In this document: piece by piece, positions 47,410 to 60,529 of the stretch
Layout of the letters: every line of letters starts with the position of its first letter
How positions within the stretch are numbered: the stretch's first letter is position 1
Source: Okamejei kenojei
Taxonomy: Eukaryota
DNA: 64,000 nucleotides
Assembly (NCBI GenBank): GCA_035221665.1
Contig: CM069158.1
Location: forward strand, 23,746,001-23,810,000
Direction: 5' to 3'
Position numbers and translations under genes: made by a program
Notes under the pieces: model-generated
Seen by the model: only the letters and a program-made list of their open reading frames with translations
What the model was told of the DNA's origin: nothing
Database searches by the model: none

Positions 47410-49140
47410 CTCCTCAATCTTCTAACTAGAGGTGTTGATTAGCTTTTCTTTATGATTGTATCAATGTGCTGGGTCCATGACAGATCTTCAGAGATATGCT
47501 GACCTAGGAACTTGTTGTTGAATATCTCCACTACCAACTCGTTGATGAAGACAGGTTTGTGGATCCTCAGCCTTCCTCTTCTAAAGTCACCAGTCAGCTC
47601 CTTAAGTGATGTTAAGAGCAAGATTGTTGATACAGCACCATTCAATCAGACAATCGATCTCCCTCCGATACTCTGACTCATCATTATTTGTAATTTGTCC
47701 AACAATGGTGGTGTCATCTCAAATTTAAAGATGGAGTTGGAAGTGTGTCTGGCTACGCAGTCATGGGTAGAGTGAATAAGCAGGGGAATGAGCACATAGC
47801 CTTGCTGTGCCCCGTGTGCTGATGGTTATCGAGGAGGAAGTGTTTTTGCCAATTTGTACCGATTGTGTTCTGTTGATGAGGAAGTTTAGGATCCAGTTGC
47901 ACAGAGACCAAGTTCCCTGAGATTGGTAACAAATTGGAAGAGGATGATGGTGTTGAAGGTTGAGCTGCAGTCCATGAACAACAGACTGCCATATGTGTAT
48001 TTATTGTCCACGTGGTCCAGTGCAGAGTTGAGTGCCAGCATCTATTGTGATCTATTGTGGCCGTAGGCAAATTAGTTTTGTTTTGTAGGAATTTATGGCA
48101 TATAACCCTTCCACAGCTGCCGAACGTCTGTGTCATCTTCCAATTTAGAGCAGAAATCCCTTTTAGCCTTTTTTTTTAACCTGATTGAGGTTGTACCTGA
48201 ACTTCTTATGAACTTGCAGCATCGGTCTTGAAAGCCCAAGATCTGATATCGCAATCTTCTGAGGACCTCCTGGTTCATCCGAGGCTTCTGGTCGGGGAAT
48301 AAGTAATGGTATTCATGGGAACACTCTCCTCCAAACATTTCCTTATGATGTTGATAACAACTGTGGCATATTCGTTCAGGTCCTTAGCCAAGTCCTTTAA
48401 CATTGCACAGTCTACCGACTCCAAGAAATTCCAGAGCCGTTCCTCTTCCACCTATGTCCAATTCTGTATTGTCTCATTGCTGGGGCTGCGCTCTTCAGTC
48501 ATTGCCTATATGCATGAAGAAGGAGCACAGTTAGGTAGTCGGATTTCTCAAAGTAAGGGTGAGGGACGGAGCGATAGGCATCTTTGATGGTGGAATAATA
48601 ATGGGCGGACCTGTTAGATCCTGTGGTGCTGCAGGACACATACAGGTGGCAGTTCAAAAACTATTTCATCAAGCTAGCCTTGTTGAAGTTCCCAGCGAAG
48701 ATAGGAAAAGTATTGGGGTACACCGTCTGGTGTTTGGTGAACATGGCGTCCAGCGCCTCCAGTGTTAGACAAACTGCAATCCTGCATGGAGTGGGATGTA
48801 GACCAGTCACCATGATGGAGGTGAATTTCCTCGGGATGTAGAAGAGACAGCACTTCACTGCCAGTTGTTCCAGGTGCAGAGAGCATGAGTTGGACAGGAC
48901 CACAAAGTCTGAGCACTACCACGAATTTACCATGAGGCAGACGCCTTCGCCTTTACCTTTTCCCAGTGCCTGTGTTGAGCTGGAGGGCTGAATCTAGGGA
49001 GCTGGGGGATGAGCCATATCTCCGTGAAATAGAGCACACAGCATTCCCTCATCTCTCTTTGATAAAGTGGCCTTGGTGGTCATTGTTAAACTTTACTCAG
49101 ATCCCCCTTGGACTCCTCACACCATGTAACATTCACTTAC
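47410..49140 (-). mobile_element. Degraded Rex1/L2-type LINE (endonuclease plus RT fragments)
   Basis: FYIPRKFTSI, IFAGNFN (APE region), SSTFNTII and FLGQHISEDLSW. Confidence 0.8.
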
Positions 49141-51281
49141 AGACCCTGCACCAAACTCCAAGAGAGTGACTCTTGCCCTCTTAAAAACACAGGGACCTTC
49201 TTTCCTTTGGGTTCCCATTTTGTGTCTGGATCATTAACAATGCCATGGAGAAATTTAATAAGCAGTCTTGAAGAATGGATTCGACAGATACAACCTGTGT
49301 TTACACATTTCTACAACCATCTCCTACCACCCCAGTCACCTTGATCCTTTGTACATTCACCTTCCCTCTGAGGCCCATATTTTCCTTTTATTTTCTCTTT
49401 CCTCTCTCTCCCTTATCGCTCCCTCCAGTTTTACATTGCACTTTTCCTCTTTTTTTAATATCTGACATCCTTTTGTCACTTACTCCACCCATCTACCAAT
49501 CACCCCTCCCTCCCCCAAATCTACCGATCACTTGCCAGGCTTTGCCCCACCCCAACCTCCCTTTTTCAGATTTCTCCCCACTACAATTAGCCTGAGGAAG
49601 AGACTCAACCTGAAAAATCATCTGTTCATTTCCTCCACAGGTGCTGCCTGACCTGCAGTGTTTCTGCTGCTTTTTATTTTTAGTGTTTACACGGTGTTTT
49701 GCATACCTTGATGCCTCACTTCTGCAGAAGGCTCAATAGCTATTTTCCATTTAATGTGATATGTGTGTATTAACTAATATTATTTGCTCATGTATGAATT
49801 AAAGTATACGTTTTGTGTGTTTAAGTATTGTAAATGTATTTTTCATTTTACTGGGTTATATCCTACTGATCCTGCTACATTGCATTTTTTAACCCTCAAT
49901 ATTCCATTTATAATGTGAATGCAAACAGCTGGAATGTCTTTATACGAGACAATAATTATTACTTTCACAACATCGAAAATAATCTTTGAATCTTTGAACC
50001 AAATAATTTTGTGTTAACATATTTTTAAAAAATGGTCTACTCAGCCATTAAAACATGGATGTCTTTTATTGGGTTAGGAAATCTCACCATGTTCACATAA
50101 TAAAGTAAAACGGTATATTAAATTAATAATTATAAAACTATGATACATAGCAGCTATGTAAAATTATTTATTCTATTAAATTTTCAAAACTAACACACTT
50201 TTGATTTTCTGAGGGCTGATTCTGTAATTTAAAATATGCCCATTTTTTTTGGTGTATTTATTTTGAGTACTTTTCCAAGGGCAACAGTAAACTTCAGAAT
50301 CATCCCTCCTATTTGTTATAAATATATAATGCAACAATGGAGTCACAGACATAATCTTTACATTAAAATGCAGATATATAAGGAAATGAAGTGCAGATTA
50401 TTTGAAGATTTTAAAAAGTGGATGCCTTTTCATTAGAATGTTGTCAACAAGTACATGTTTAATGTGCCTGCTCCTTTGTCTGGGCACATTGGGAAACAGA
50501 ATTCAGTACCCAAACTGATCATCGAATTGATGAAGAATCCATAAGCTGTGTGAGGGGTGAGGTCTATTTAGCATTGAGCCTCATCGATATCAAATGGATG
50601 AATTGTAGGCACTAGCCAGATGGGACCTGATGAATTCCTTTGGCTGGTAGCTAGGTTATTGGTGGTGGTGGGACCAAGCCTGAGGTGAAGGTAATGAGCA
50701 AGAGACAAAGTGGAATCGACTGATCTGGGTTGGCAGTGGCACTAATATTTCTGTGAAGCTGGTGAAAAGTGGAAATATGAGATGAAATTTAAACCATTTT
50801 CTAATTACAAAAAATACTTTTGTAGACGGGTTCATTTCAATATACAAACTTTATTGCCTTTATAACTACAAGAAATGTATTAAATATTTTCCTTACTTAT
50901 GTGTAATCAAATCAGTAGACCAAGTGGATACATAAATAGCATCCTTTGGCTAATCAAATCAACAACAGTAGATCATTTATATTTGATACTGTGAAGGATG
51001 AAAGACATTTGCACTTTTTAAAATAAGTTCTAAAATTGTTTCTATTTTTTTTTCAGGAAAGAAGTGGATGTATTTGCACAAGAGACAGGCATTAGATTCT
51101 CAGAATAAACTCAAGGAATAACACAATCTTTGGCATACAATAGGTTGCTGTTCAAGGTGATTTACTCATAAATATATAAAACATCTCTGTTTGCATATTT
51201 GTTGCAACAAACTTTTATTACGTACATTCTTAAATATAACATGATCATATTCGAAAGATTAACTTTCAAGTGCCAGAACTA

Positions 51282-51374
51282 CTACTTTGCATCCAGATGA
51301 TAATAGTAGATTCCAAAAGGATTTTGTAACATATCGTAGAAGCCATGAAACTTCTTCTTAACGCACAAAGTAAT
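51282..51374 (-). CDS. MUC16: MUC16-like mucin, terminal exon (cytoplasmic tail)
   Basis: ttccag| ITLCVKKKFHGFYDMLQNPFGIYYYHLDAK*; pattern matches the MUC16 tail (KK.G.Y...Q...G.Y..HLD); candidate AATAAA at 51214-51219 and 50850-50855. Confidence 0.85.
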   Translation of the reverse strand: MTLCVKKKFHGFYDMLQNPFGIYYYHLDAK

Positions 51375-52159
51375 CTGGAAGAAAATGATATTTGAAGAGT
51401 GTTAGGCTTGAAGTTGAAGAATATGTAAGCAATGTGAGTTTTAATGATGTAGGCTATTTATTCATGGAAACAAGGTGTAAAGATAAGGAAATCTAAATTA
51501 TGTGATTGATCATTTTGAACTCCTGGTTAATATGAATCCTATACTTTTTCCATTAGGAGAGATTAAACAAAGCTAAAGAGTCACATGGAACTGCAGATGC
51601 TGGAATCTTGAGCAAACCACAATTGCTGAAATAACTCAGCAGATCAGGCAGCATCTCTGGAGAATATGGAGGTGATGTTGGAACCCTTTTTGGAACCCTT
51701 TTTTAGTTGATGTTGGAACCCTTTTTTAGACTGATTGCAGTAAGCGGGGAGAAAAAGGTGGAAAAGAGAGGCAGGTGAGGAGGAACAAAACCTGGCAAGT
51801 GATAGGTGGATGCAGGTGAGGGAGGGAGGGAGGGAAGTGATTGGCAGATGGGTGGAGTAAGTGACCAATGTTAGACAACATTTGTTGTGATAAATATACA
51901 TGTGCCAATCAAACGTCCCTCACCTGTATCCAGTTGTTAAATGTAATTCTGAAATTGGTTATAATTGTTTTGAACAGACATTTCCATCAGTTGATTCTGA
52001 CAATTACTGGGTAACTGTATAAAATTGTCAATTTTTCTTAATTTTATCAAAGATCTATGTAATTAGTGAGCAACTTGCAGCACATGTTAACCTGGGTCAC
52101 GTAATGTAACAGTGCTTTAGATATGGCTATACATCATTACAATAACTGACTATACTTAC

Positions 52160-52278
52160 CAAACAGCCCAAAAGGATAAGGAGAAACAAAGCCAGCAGAA
52201 TGGCCAATACTATAACTATGATGGCCCAATATGGCAATTCACTTCCATTCAAAAGTCCAAGTGATTTGTTGGCTGGAA
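52160..52278 (-). CDS. MUC16: MUC16-like mucin, transmembrane exon
   Basis: VPANKSLGLLNGSELPYWAIIVIVLAILLALFLLILLGCL (cf. MUC16 DLPFWAVILI); AG/GTAAGT; phase 1-0. Confidence 0.9.
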
Positions 52279-53004
52279 CTAAATGAATACATCGCAATAT
52301 AATTATACAAAACAAGTAATATTTCAATTATGGCTTACTATGTTTAATTATCTACTTTATACACCAAATATATCCCACTTATTTGAGGAAACGTTGTGCA
52401 AAATTATGGAGTGAGGGCAAGGGTTGATTGGAAATGGATGTTAACAATATCAGGTTTAATGCACTGTAATCCCAAACCAGTGTGAGTCTGAACCAGCTTA
52501 GGAACAGCTACTGTCCTACACCTATCATGTTCTTGAACCATCCAACACAGCCCTAACTTACCATGACAACAGACCACGACGGCCCACTTCTTGCGCTTTT
52601 TTTCTTTTTTAATTTTGTTTTTGCACACATTTTTTTTGGGTACTGTTTTATTCCTTTTAGAATGGTATGTTTAATTTATGTATAATTTGCTTTGGTGAGT
52701 CTGTCCGAGTCTACATGCCTGTGATACTGCTCCAATCAAGATTTGGCCTTGTATCAGTGCCTTGTCAAACTCATGTGTATCACAGTAAACCTGAACTTGA
52801 ACTTAAGAAATATCACGAGGTTGTCTGAGCTGGGTTTATTACGAGACACTGATTAAGCAAATGGTAATAATGTAAAGGAGGATGTTTTTGCATGCATGGG
52901 CACATTTGATAGAATGTGTGTTGGTATCTTTAAACATAACAATGCGAAAGCCCATCCTACACCAATTATGCGCAGCCCTGAGGACTTCCCCTGAGTGCCT
53001 GTAA

Positions 53005-53318
53005 AAGCCCTGTCCCACTGTATGAGTTCATTCAAGAGCTCTCCCGAGTTTAAAAAAAATCAAACTCATGGAAGCACGTAGAATGTACGTAGCGGGTAAG
53101 TCAGAGCTTGGGGACGTCTCTTAGCGGCTCATAATGGTAACGGCAGGCACTCGGGAAACACGGTAAGCTCGGGAAGACGTGAAGATTTTTCAACATGTTG
53201 AAAAATGTCCACGAGAGCCGCGAGTACCTACGAGCGGCCATTATCCTAAATCTCCGAGTTCGAATCAAGGCAAACTCGGGAGAACTCTTGAATGAACTCG
53301 TACAGTGGAACAGGGCTT
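53005..53318. mobile_element. PIF/Harbinger-like MITE in a mucin intron
   Basis: ~46-bp TIRs AAGCCCTGTCCCACTGTATGAGTTCATTCAAGAG / CTCTTGAATGAACTCGTACAGTGGAACAGGGCTT flanked by TAA TSDs. Confidence 0.88.
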
Positions 53319-53999
53319 TAAAAAACTGGTTTACTAGGAACTTTAAAACTGAGAAATTAGAATAATTACTTCTGAGAGGAGAATAATGGAACTGGAGTTA
53401 TTCATGTTGGCCAAAAGTATCTAAAAAACAGCTTTCAAAATCTATGCAAATTCATTTTCCGTCCCATGTGATATATTGAGAGTTAGCACTATAAACCATA
53501 GAATCATGGATTCGCACTGTAGAAAAGTAAGCCCTTCGGCTCACCATGTCTATGCTGCCTATTGTATCTCATTCTATTTACCACTAGGTCTCTTTCTTTC
53601 AGGAAAAAGTCAGCCTATCCAATCTTTCCCTGTAAATAACATCCTTCAAACCAGACAACATTCTCTCCACACACATTTTCCCCAAACTGCACATAAAAGT
53701 CTAGGTATGGCCAGCCTTATGTTTTATAAGGCTGTAACATGATATTCCAGTCATTTTATTCTATTCCATGGCCAATGGAGGCTAGCATCCAATGTGGACA
53801 AGAATTCCACACTATCGACTTGACCTGCCACTTTCAGGGGGTCTATCGATTTGTAACCAATTATCCAGTGTTCATCAATACACCCTTGACACTACCATCT
53901 ACTGTGTATAAAAATACTTCACGTTGCATTTGCAAGGAAGAAATTCTATTTATTATTGCTCTACCCAAGTTTCCATCTGATGATGTAGCTTTAAACCAA

Positions 54000-55330
54000 C
54001 TTCCTTGTTATCTCCAATACCAATTTTTGTATTGTGTGCAGACTTATTTACCACATTTTGTACCCAAGTCATTAATGTACTTCATACACATCAAGGGTCC
54101 AAGCACTAATCTTGCACTATACTAGTGGTCATAGACCTCCAAACAGAAAATCAATCCTTCATCACCACCCTCTGCCTCCTGTAACCAAGCCATTTTTGGA
54201 AGTGATCTGCCAGCCTGTTCTGGATCCCATGGGCTGTAACCTTCTGGACCAGCTACAATGCAAGACCTTGTCAAAGGCCTTACTAAAGTGCATGTACTGT
54301 AGACAACATTTACCACACTCATCTCATCGATGTGCTAAGTTACCTTCTCCAAGCATTCAAACAGATTTGTGAGGTAGGGTTTCCTTTATAGAGGGTCATG
54401 CTGACTATCATGAATCAACCTTTGCATTTCCAAGTGAATATAAATTCTGCCCCTTTGAATTTTTACCATTAGTTTCCCTGGTACTGATGTAAGACTCATT
54501 GTAATTATCAGGCTAATCCCTGCTGCCTTTAAAAAAATATATAGTTATCCTCGTACTTCACCCATGGCTAACAAATATGCAAATTTGTTAGTTGGGGTCC
54601 CAACAATCTCTTCTTTATCCTCTAATTGTTACCTGGGATGCATCTCATGAGGCCCTGGGGACTATTCAACTTTATGTGTCCCAAGACATGTAACAGCTCG
54701 TTCTTCCTAATGTTAACGTGAACATCACTGTTCAATGCTCTGAACTCTCCCTTCCCCATGTCCTTCTTCTTGGTGAGAACTCTTGAAAAGTATTCATTTG
54801 ACAGGAACAGAATTGGGCCTTTCAGCCCTTTGAGTCTACTTCATCATTCAATCATGGCTGATCTATTTTTTCCCCTCAACCCCATTCTCCTGCCTCAATC
54901 CCCTCACCTTTGACATCCTTATTAATCATTTAGGTTATTATCTATGACCATGGCTCCACACACAGACTATCCATTTGATTCCTAAGGGAATCTACTCTTT
55001 CCCTGGTTATTCCCTTCCATATAAAATATTTGTAGAATGCCTTGGGTTTCTCTTTAATTTTGCCTGCCTATCATAATTCAAGGCCTCTTTTTGCCCTCCT
55101 AATTTACTTTTTAAATACCTTCCTTCTCTCCCTTTATCCCACACAGGACTCTACCATTTCCAGTTGCTTATTCTTGTCAAATGCTTTCTTTTGATTCTTC
55201 ATCAATCCAGGATTCCCTAATCTCGCCATCCTTACGTTTCATGACAACATGTTGACTCTGACCTCTCATTATCGCTCTTTAAAGGACTTATTTATGGGAT
55301 GGCATTTCAGCTGAAAGTAGCTGCTTGCCA
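54000..55330 (-). mobile_element. Old CR1 LINE remnant
   Basis: Reverse strand has FSKAFDK, SQHD and SVLGPL-like motifs; a CR1 tail is inserted at ~54800-54930. Confidence 0.65.
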
Positions 55331-55540
55331 TCTATTTTTGTTTGGTTCTGCCCTATTTCAACAATTGTAGATTAGACAAAATGCCATCTGTCCATTCCCT
55401 CCACAAATGCTGCCTGACTTGCTGAGTTCCTCCACCACTTTGTTTTTTTGCATACATAATATCTTGTGTCTTTGAGTACAAAATATGCGTGCCAATATAG
55501 AATAAGTGAATATATGAAGAGAAATAGCAGTGATACATAC

Positions 55541-55698
55541 CCACAGTTACACTGTCAGATTTTAGTTGAAATTCACCAAGCTGCTTTGATCCATTTGTTC
55601 CAATATCAAAAGTTGATTTGATTATTTCTGAAGTGATTTCTGCATTTTGTTTAAAAGGGTCAAAGAAGCAAGAAGTGGAAACTTTCACTGATCCTGAG
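55541..55698 (-). CDS. MUC16: MUC16-like mucin, last SEA module exon 3
   Basis: SGSVKVSTSCFFDPFKQNAEITSEIIKSTFDIGTNGSKQLGEFQLKSDSVTV; 158 nt, phase 2-1, AG/GT. Confidence 0.88.
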
Positions 55699-56109
55699 CT
55701 GTTGGGGAGATAACAATTTAACACAGAGTAAAACATGAGTTTCATTCTTAACTATGTCATATTTCACAGGAGAAATATTATTGCTCATCATTCGTATTAA
55801 TTCAATAGTAACTTACAGAAATCATACACATAGCTAAATATATCGCGGGAGCTCTGCACATCCAAAAACTCTGCAAAAATGATATCTGCCAAAAGATTGA
55901 TCATTGAGATACATATTTAAGTTGGGAGAAGATCTTAGAATATACCCTTCATATAAGTATGTTTTAATGACAATCAATCTTAACCTCTCCAGAAAATTAA
56001 CTTTAACCAGCAGAATCTTATGCTTTGAACTAAATTTATTTTTGGAGATTATTTTAAACAATGTCATTTTTTAATATCTTCCTCGAATCTCCCTCAACAT
56101 TCACTCTTT

Positions 56110-56425
56110 CATATAAGGTCTTCATATTTCGCTTGGGTAGCTTACACCCCAGCGGTATAAACATTGACCTCTAATTTCAAATAGCCCTTACTTTCCCTCT
56201 TTGTCCAACTCCCCCCCCCCTTCCCAGTTCGCCCACCAGTCATACTGTCTCCGACTACATTCTATCTCTGTCCCGCCCACTCCCCTGACATCAGTCTGAA
56301 GAAGGGTCACAACCCGAAACGTCACCCATTCCTTCTCTGTAGAGATGCTGCTGCCTGTCCCGCTGAGTTACTCCAGCATTTTGTGTCTACCTTCGATTTA
56401 AACCAGCTTCTGCAGTTCTTTCCTA
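56110..56425 (+). mobile_element. Penelope-like element 3' end (GIY-YIG C-terminus plus terminal repeat with hammerhead motif)
   Basis: IFRLGSLHPSGINID resembles the PLE endonuclease end; CTGAAGA...GAAACGTC at 56296-56323. Confidence 0.8.
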
Positions 56426-57337
56426 CACATTCACTCTTTCATGCCGTACTGCCAATATGCTTACTATATGAATTAAATGCTGTGACTGGCACTTCCCTTT
56501 CAACCTCAGTGTATCTCTTGATGATACATCAGTCGGAATAGAAGCACAGATAATAAGGCGTAGAAAGTAATTGATAGCCACGAGCTCTAAATGCATATCT
56601 GGCTGGATCTGTGGGTTGTAGTTCCTCGAAAGGAGGCAAATTATGACATGCCAACACAAATACGTAAAATGGTTTACATGAGTATCGGAAGTGAGCTGTG
56701 GTCAGAATTGAACTTACCAGGGAAAGCCCCAGAGGAAGTCTACAAGGAAGTCCAATTCTAATAAAAATTTTCCACTTAAATCAAAGTCCTTTCTGAATAC
56801 TAATTAATATCATTTCTGCAATTAATTTATGTGAAACAAAGGGCAAAATTGGACCTGATTTCACCCCACCATCCAGACTGACTGTATGAACCTACTGCCT
56901 GTCTGCATTTACCTGTGGTGGCGAAGGGGGGGGGGGGGGATTAATGAAACTAACCCTCTGCATCCTGCTGGCATCTGGGAAGTCAAAATGAGACCTCAGC
57001 AGTGAATAGGTCCCAGGAGGAACATACGGTGGACATTTGGGCTGAGTTCCTCCAGCTGTTTTCGTTTTACTCCTGATTCTAAAATCTATACTCTTGTTTC
57101 TTCAGCTTTTCATGGGAGCTGCCTTCAGTAATGTACATAACTCACTCTGACAACCATTGACACTAGGTTTTGCTTTGTGTAAAAATCTTGCAAGGCCAGT
57201 TTTATAGTTTATAGCATTCATTGACAGCTAAGAATAACTAAAATTGACACAAATAATATTTAATGTTTAACAATTGGCTATTTATTTATATTGATAGATT
57301 TCTAGATGTTTTTATGAAATACATAACTTTTCCTTAC

Positions 57338-57405
57338 CTTAAATTAGAAACATTGCAAAATTGATAGCATTCGCTTAGAGCACTGTTTGTAAAAAGATCA
57401 TGAAG
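57338..57405 (-). CDS. MUC16: MUC16-like mucin, last SEA module exon 2 (68 nt)
   Basis: LHDLFTNSALSECYQFCNVSNL; phase 0-2; ACAG/GTAAG. Confidence 0.88.
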
Positions 57406-57627
57406 CTGTAAAAGAATGATGGTAAATGTAAGTCTACTCCTTTGTAAACAAACAAAATAATAATTTAAATTAATTTGCCTGAAAATGAATGAAGCGGAAT
57501 AAAATAGATTTATTACATTTGCGTTACATTAAAATTATTTCAAAATTAAATAGATTAAGTCCAAGATTTTGTCATTAACTTTTGAATATTTTAATGTCCA
57601 ACAATTAATATAAGCAGAAATCATTAC

Positions 57628-57815
57628 CCTTGCTATGATATTGGTTGTTAGGTTTATACATTCAGAAGATTTTAAATTTCGGAGACTGTCTGTAAAGTTG
57701 ACGTTTAATATAGTGAAGTTAATTTGAAAGTCGAGGTCCTGTACGCGTGCTGTAGCTATTGTTGGAGGCTGTCCTGATGCAGCAACTGTGACGGTAGATT
57801 TTGCTTCCTCGCAGC
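57628..57815 (-). CDS. MUC16: MUC16-like mucin, linker plus last SEA module exon 1
   Basis: GCEEAKSTVTVAASGQPPTIATARVQDLDFQINFTILNVNFTDSLRNLKSSECINLTTNIIAR; phase 1-0. Confidence 0.88.
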
Positions 57816-58007
57816 CTAAAATAAGACATGTTTTTAATATTCCTCCAAAGTTAAATCAGAAACGATTACAATAAAGTGTAAAATCTATATCTATATATCT
57901 ATATCAGGATAGAATTGCACATGAGAATGAAATCCAAATATAATTCATGCTGATATGTATGGACTTATTGAAATGCATATAGCATATGAATAAAATAAGT
58001 TACATAC

Positions 58008-58171
58008 CAGTTATCTGAACATTATTGGTGTTAAATTCATAAGTTGCAGTGCTGGATGTATTATTTGTTCCGTCTCTGAATCCCTGCTCCACAATAACAT
58101 TGTCAATCTGCTGAGAATAATTCTTGAAAAAGCAGTCGGCAAGTGCTTTCACAAAGCCCTCGTTTGTCATG
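58008..58171 (-). CDS. MUC16: MUC16-like mucin, penultimate SEA module exon 3
   Basis: MTNEGFVKALADCFFKNYSQQIDNVIVEQGFRDGTNNTSSTATYEFNTNNVQIT; phase 2-1. Confidence 0.88.
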
Positions 58172-58540
58172 CTGCCAAATATAAATTAATTGAAATGTTT
58201 TAGTTTCGAGAGAACATTATTCACTAAATTGCATATCTTTAGCTAGCTTAATTCTGACTTGCGTTTTAGGAATATTTGTTCCTGGCCTTTTCACAGGCTG
58301 AATGCTCTATGCTGTGAAGGACAGGGTGTTTAATCTACCTTCAGTTCCACAGATTACGTGACACAATTATATGTCATATTTGTATAATTACAGGTTGTGC
58401 ATAACCACGCATTCAGCCTGCTGTCCCATTTAATACAAAAAAAAAGGTGCTTGGAATCTAAACCGAAAATAGAAAATGCTGGAAACACTCAACTGTATCA
58501 GCACAGAGAGAAAGGGTCAATTTTTCAGGTTGAAGACTCA

Positions 58541-58872
58541 GAATTGAACAAGTTAGGTCTTTATTCTTTGGAGCGCAGAAGGTTAAGGGGGGACTTGATT
58601 AAGGTCTTTAAAATGATGAAAGGGATAGACAGAGTTGATGTGGATAAGCTTTTCCCATTGAGGGTAGGGAAGATTCAAACAAGAGGGCATGACACGAGAA
58701 TTAAGGGACAGAGGTTTATGGGTAACGTGAGGGGGAACTTCTTTACTCAGAGGGTGGTGGCTGTGTGGAATGAGCTTCCAGCTGAAGTGGTGGAGGCAGG
58801 ATCGATTTTAACATTTAAAAGTAAAGTGGATAGGTATATGGACGGGAAGGGAATGGAGGGGTATGGTCTGAG
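58541..58872 (+). mobile_element. CR1 ORF2 3' fragment
   Basis: LGLYSLERRRLRGDLIKVFK...FFTQRVVAVWNELP. Confidence 0.9.
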
Positions 58873-59934
58873 TTCTGTAATTGTTATATGGTTCATGTAC
58901 TGTAATTGTTATATGGTTATATGGTTATAATGGTGTAGGCCAAGAATGTGCTGCCAGGGCTGGTGGTGGAGGCAATGGTGTTTAAGAGGTGCAGGGAATG
59001 GAGGTTTATGGATCATGTGCGACTAGAGGAGATTTGTTTATCTTGGCATTGTGGGCCAAAGGGCCTGTTGCTCTGTATCCTAGACCTTTCATCACAATGG
59101 GGAAGGAGACAAAAGAGGCCTATAGAGCTGCAACGAGGACCAGGAAGGAGGTGATATGTCCGAGATGCTAAAACCTAGGTGAAACCTATTCTGTGGTATT
59201 TACCATATCAACACTAACATGCATTGTCTCAATAATTTAACTGTATTTTTATTTCTATTGATCAATATTTTATCGTCAAATTTTAGAGGAAATTACATCT
59301 CCTTTATCAAAATAATTGCCTTGTAATCTATCTCCCAAACAACAATGTTAAATGCTCTGTATAGTACTTTGAGAAGACTGTGCTTTATCTCTGAAATCAA
59401 TTCTGGTGAAAAACAGCTCTGTGAAGCATTAATCAGTGGTAAATTTCAAGGCAAATAATCCTCCCTCCAAAGCAAAAAGGGATATTTATTATATAATGAG
59501 ATTCTTGCCTGATAAGGTGGAATCATAAGTAATAGGATCAGAATTAGGCCTCACGGCCTATCATGTCTACTCCACCATTCAATCATGGCTGATCTATCTC
59601 TCCCTTCTAACCCCATTCTCCTGCCTTCTCCCAATAACCCCTGACACCCGTACTAATCAAACAACTATCTATCTCTGCCTTAAAAATATCAATTAAATTG
59701 GCCTCCACAGCCTTTTGTGACAAAGAATACCATGGAATGAATCATAACATGGAGAAAAAAGGGCAATACTAAATAAATAGTCATTCTAATCCGATGAATA
59801 ATTTAAACGTGTTGTCAATCATATTGATACTAAGGCACCATTATGTATTAGTGCAAAATCAGTATAGATGAGTAGAAGTCTACAAGGTCCCCAATTTGTA
59901 AGCAAATCTATAAAAGCTAATAAAGGATTCTTAC

Positions 59935-60002
59935 CTTAAGAGGGTGTTTGTACATTCTAAAAATTGAGCACTTATATTGCTGTTACGGAAGATGGCATTG
60001 AG
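59935..60002 (-). CDS. MUC16: MUC16-like mucin, penultimate SEA module exon 2 (68 nt)
   Basis: LNAIFRNSNISAQFLECTNTLL (cf. MUC16 LNQLFRNSSIKSYFSDC); phase 0-2. Confidence 0.9.
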
Positions 60003-60088
60003 CTGAAAGAAAAATAGTCTTGTAAATAATTATTATAACATTAGTTAAATTATTTTAATAAAGATTATTTAATTGTATTTAGGGGTAC

Positions 60089-60207
60089 CTGATAAATGAC
60101 CATAGTTGAGGCCGACTGATACACTGGCGAGGTTGGGTCAAGAAGAACTGAACTGAATGGTAGGTTGGTGATGATAACAGACACATTGAAGCACAGAGTT
60201 TTCTGAC
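60089..60207 (-). CDS. MUC16: MUC16-like mucin, penultimate SEA module exon 1 (gene continues upstream)
   Basis: QKTLCFNVSVIITNLPFSSVLLDPTSPVYQSASTMVIYQ (SEA F.V.F.ITNL motif); phase 1-0. Confidence 0.88.
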
Positions 60208-60529
60208 CTGGTTGTTGAGTTACAGTTAGGATGAGAAAACATAAAATAAGCAATGCTGTTTTACTGGTAACCTGTTTCATTTGCTTTTTAACATAGTAAT
60301 GGAATGAATATCATTATAAGGCTTTGCTTTATTGTTGCAACTTGCATAAACATTGGGAAAGATGCTGGGAAATAAATTACTAATTCCCCAATTAGAACAT
60401 AGAACAGTACAGAACAGGCTCTCTGGTGCACAATATCTGTGTCGAACATGATAAACTAATCTGCCTGCACATGATCTGTCCCTCCATACACTGTAAATCC
60501 ATGTGCCTATCTAAAATCCTTTAAAGCAC

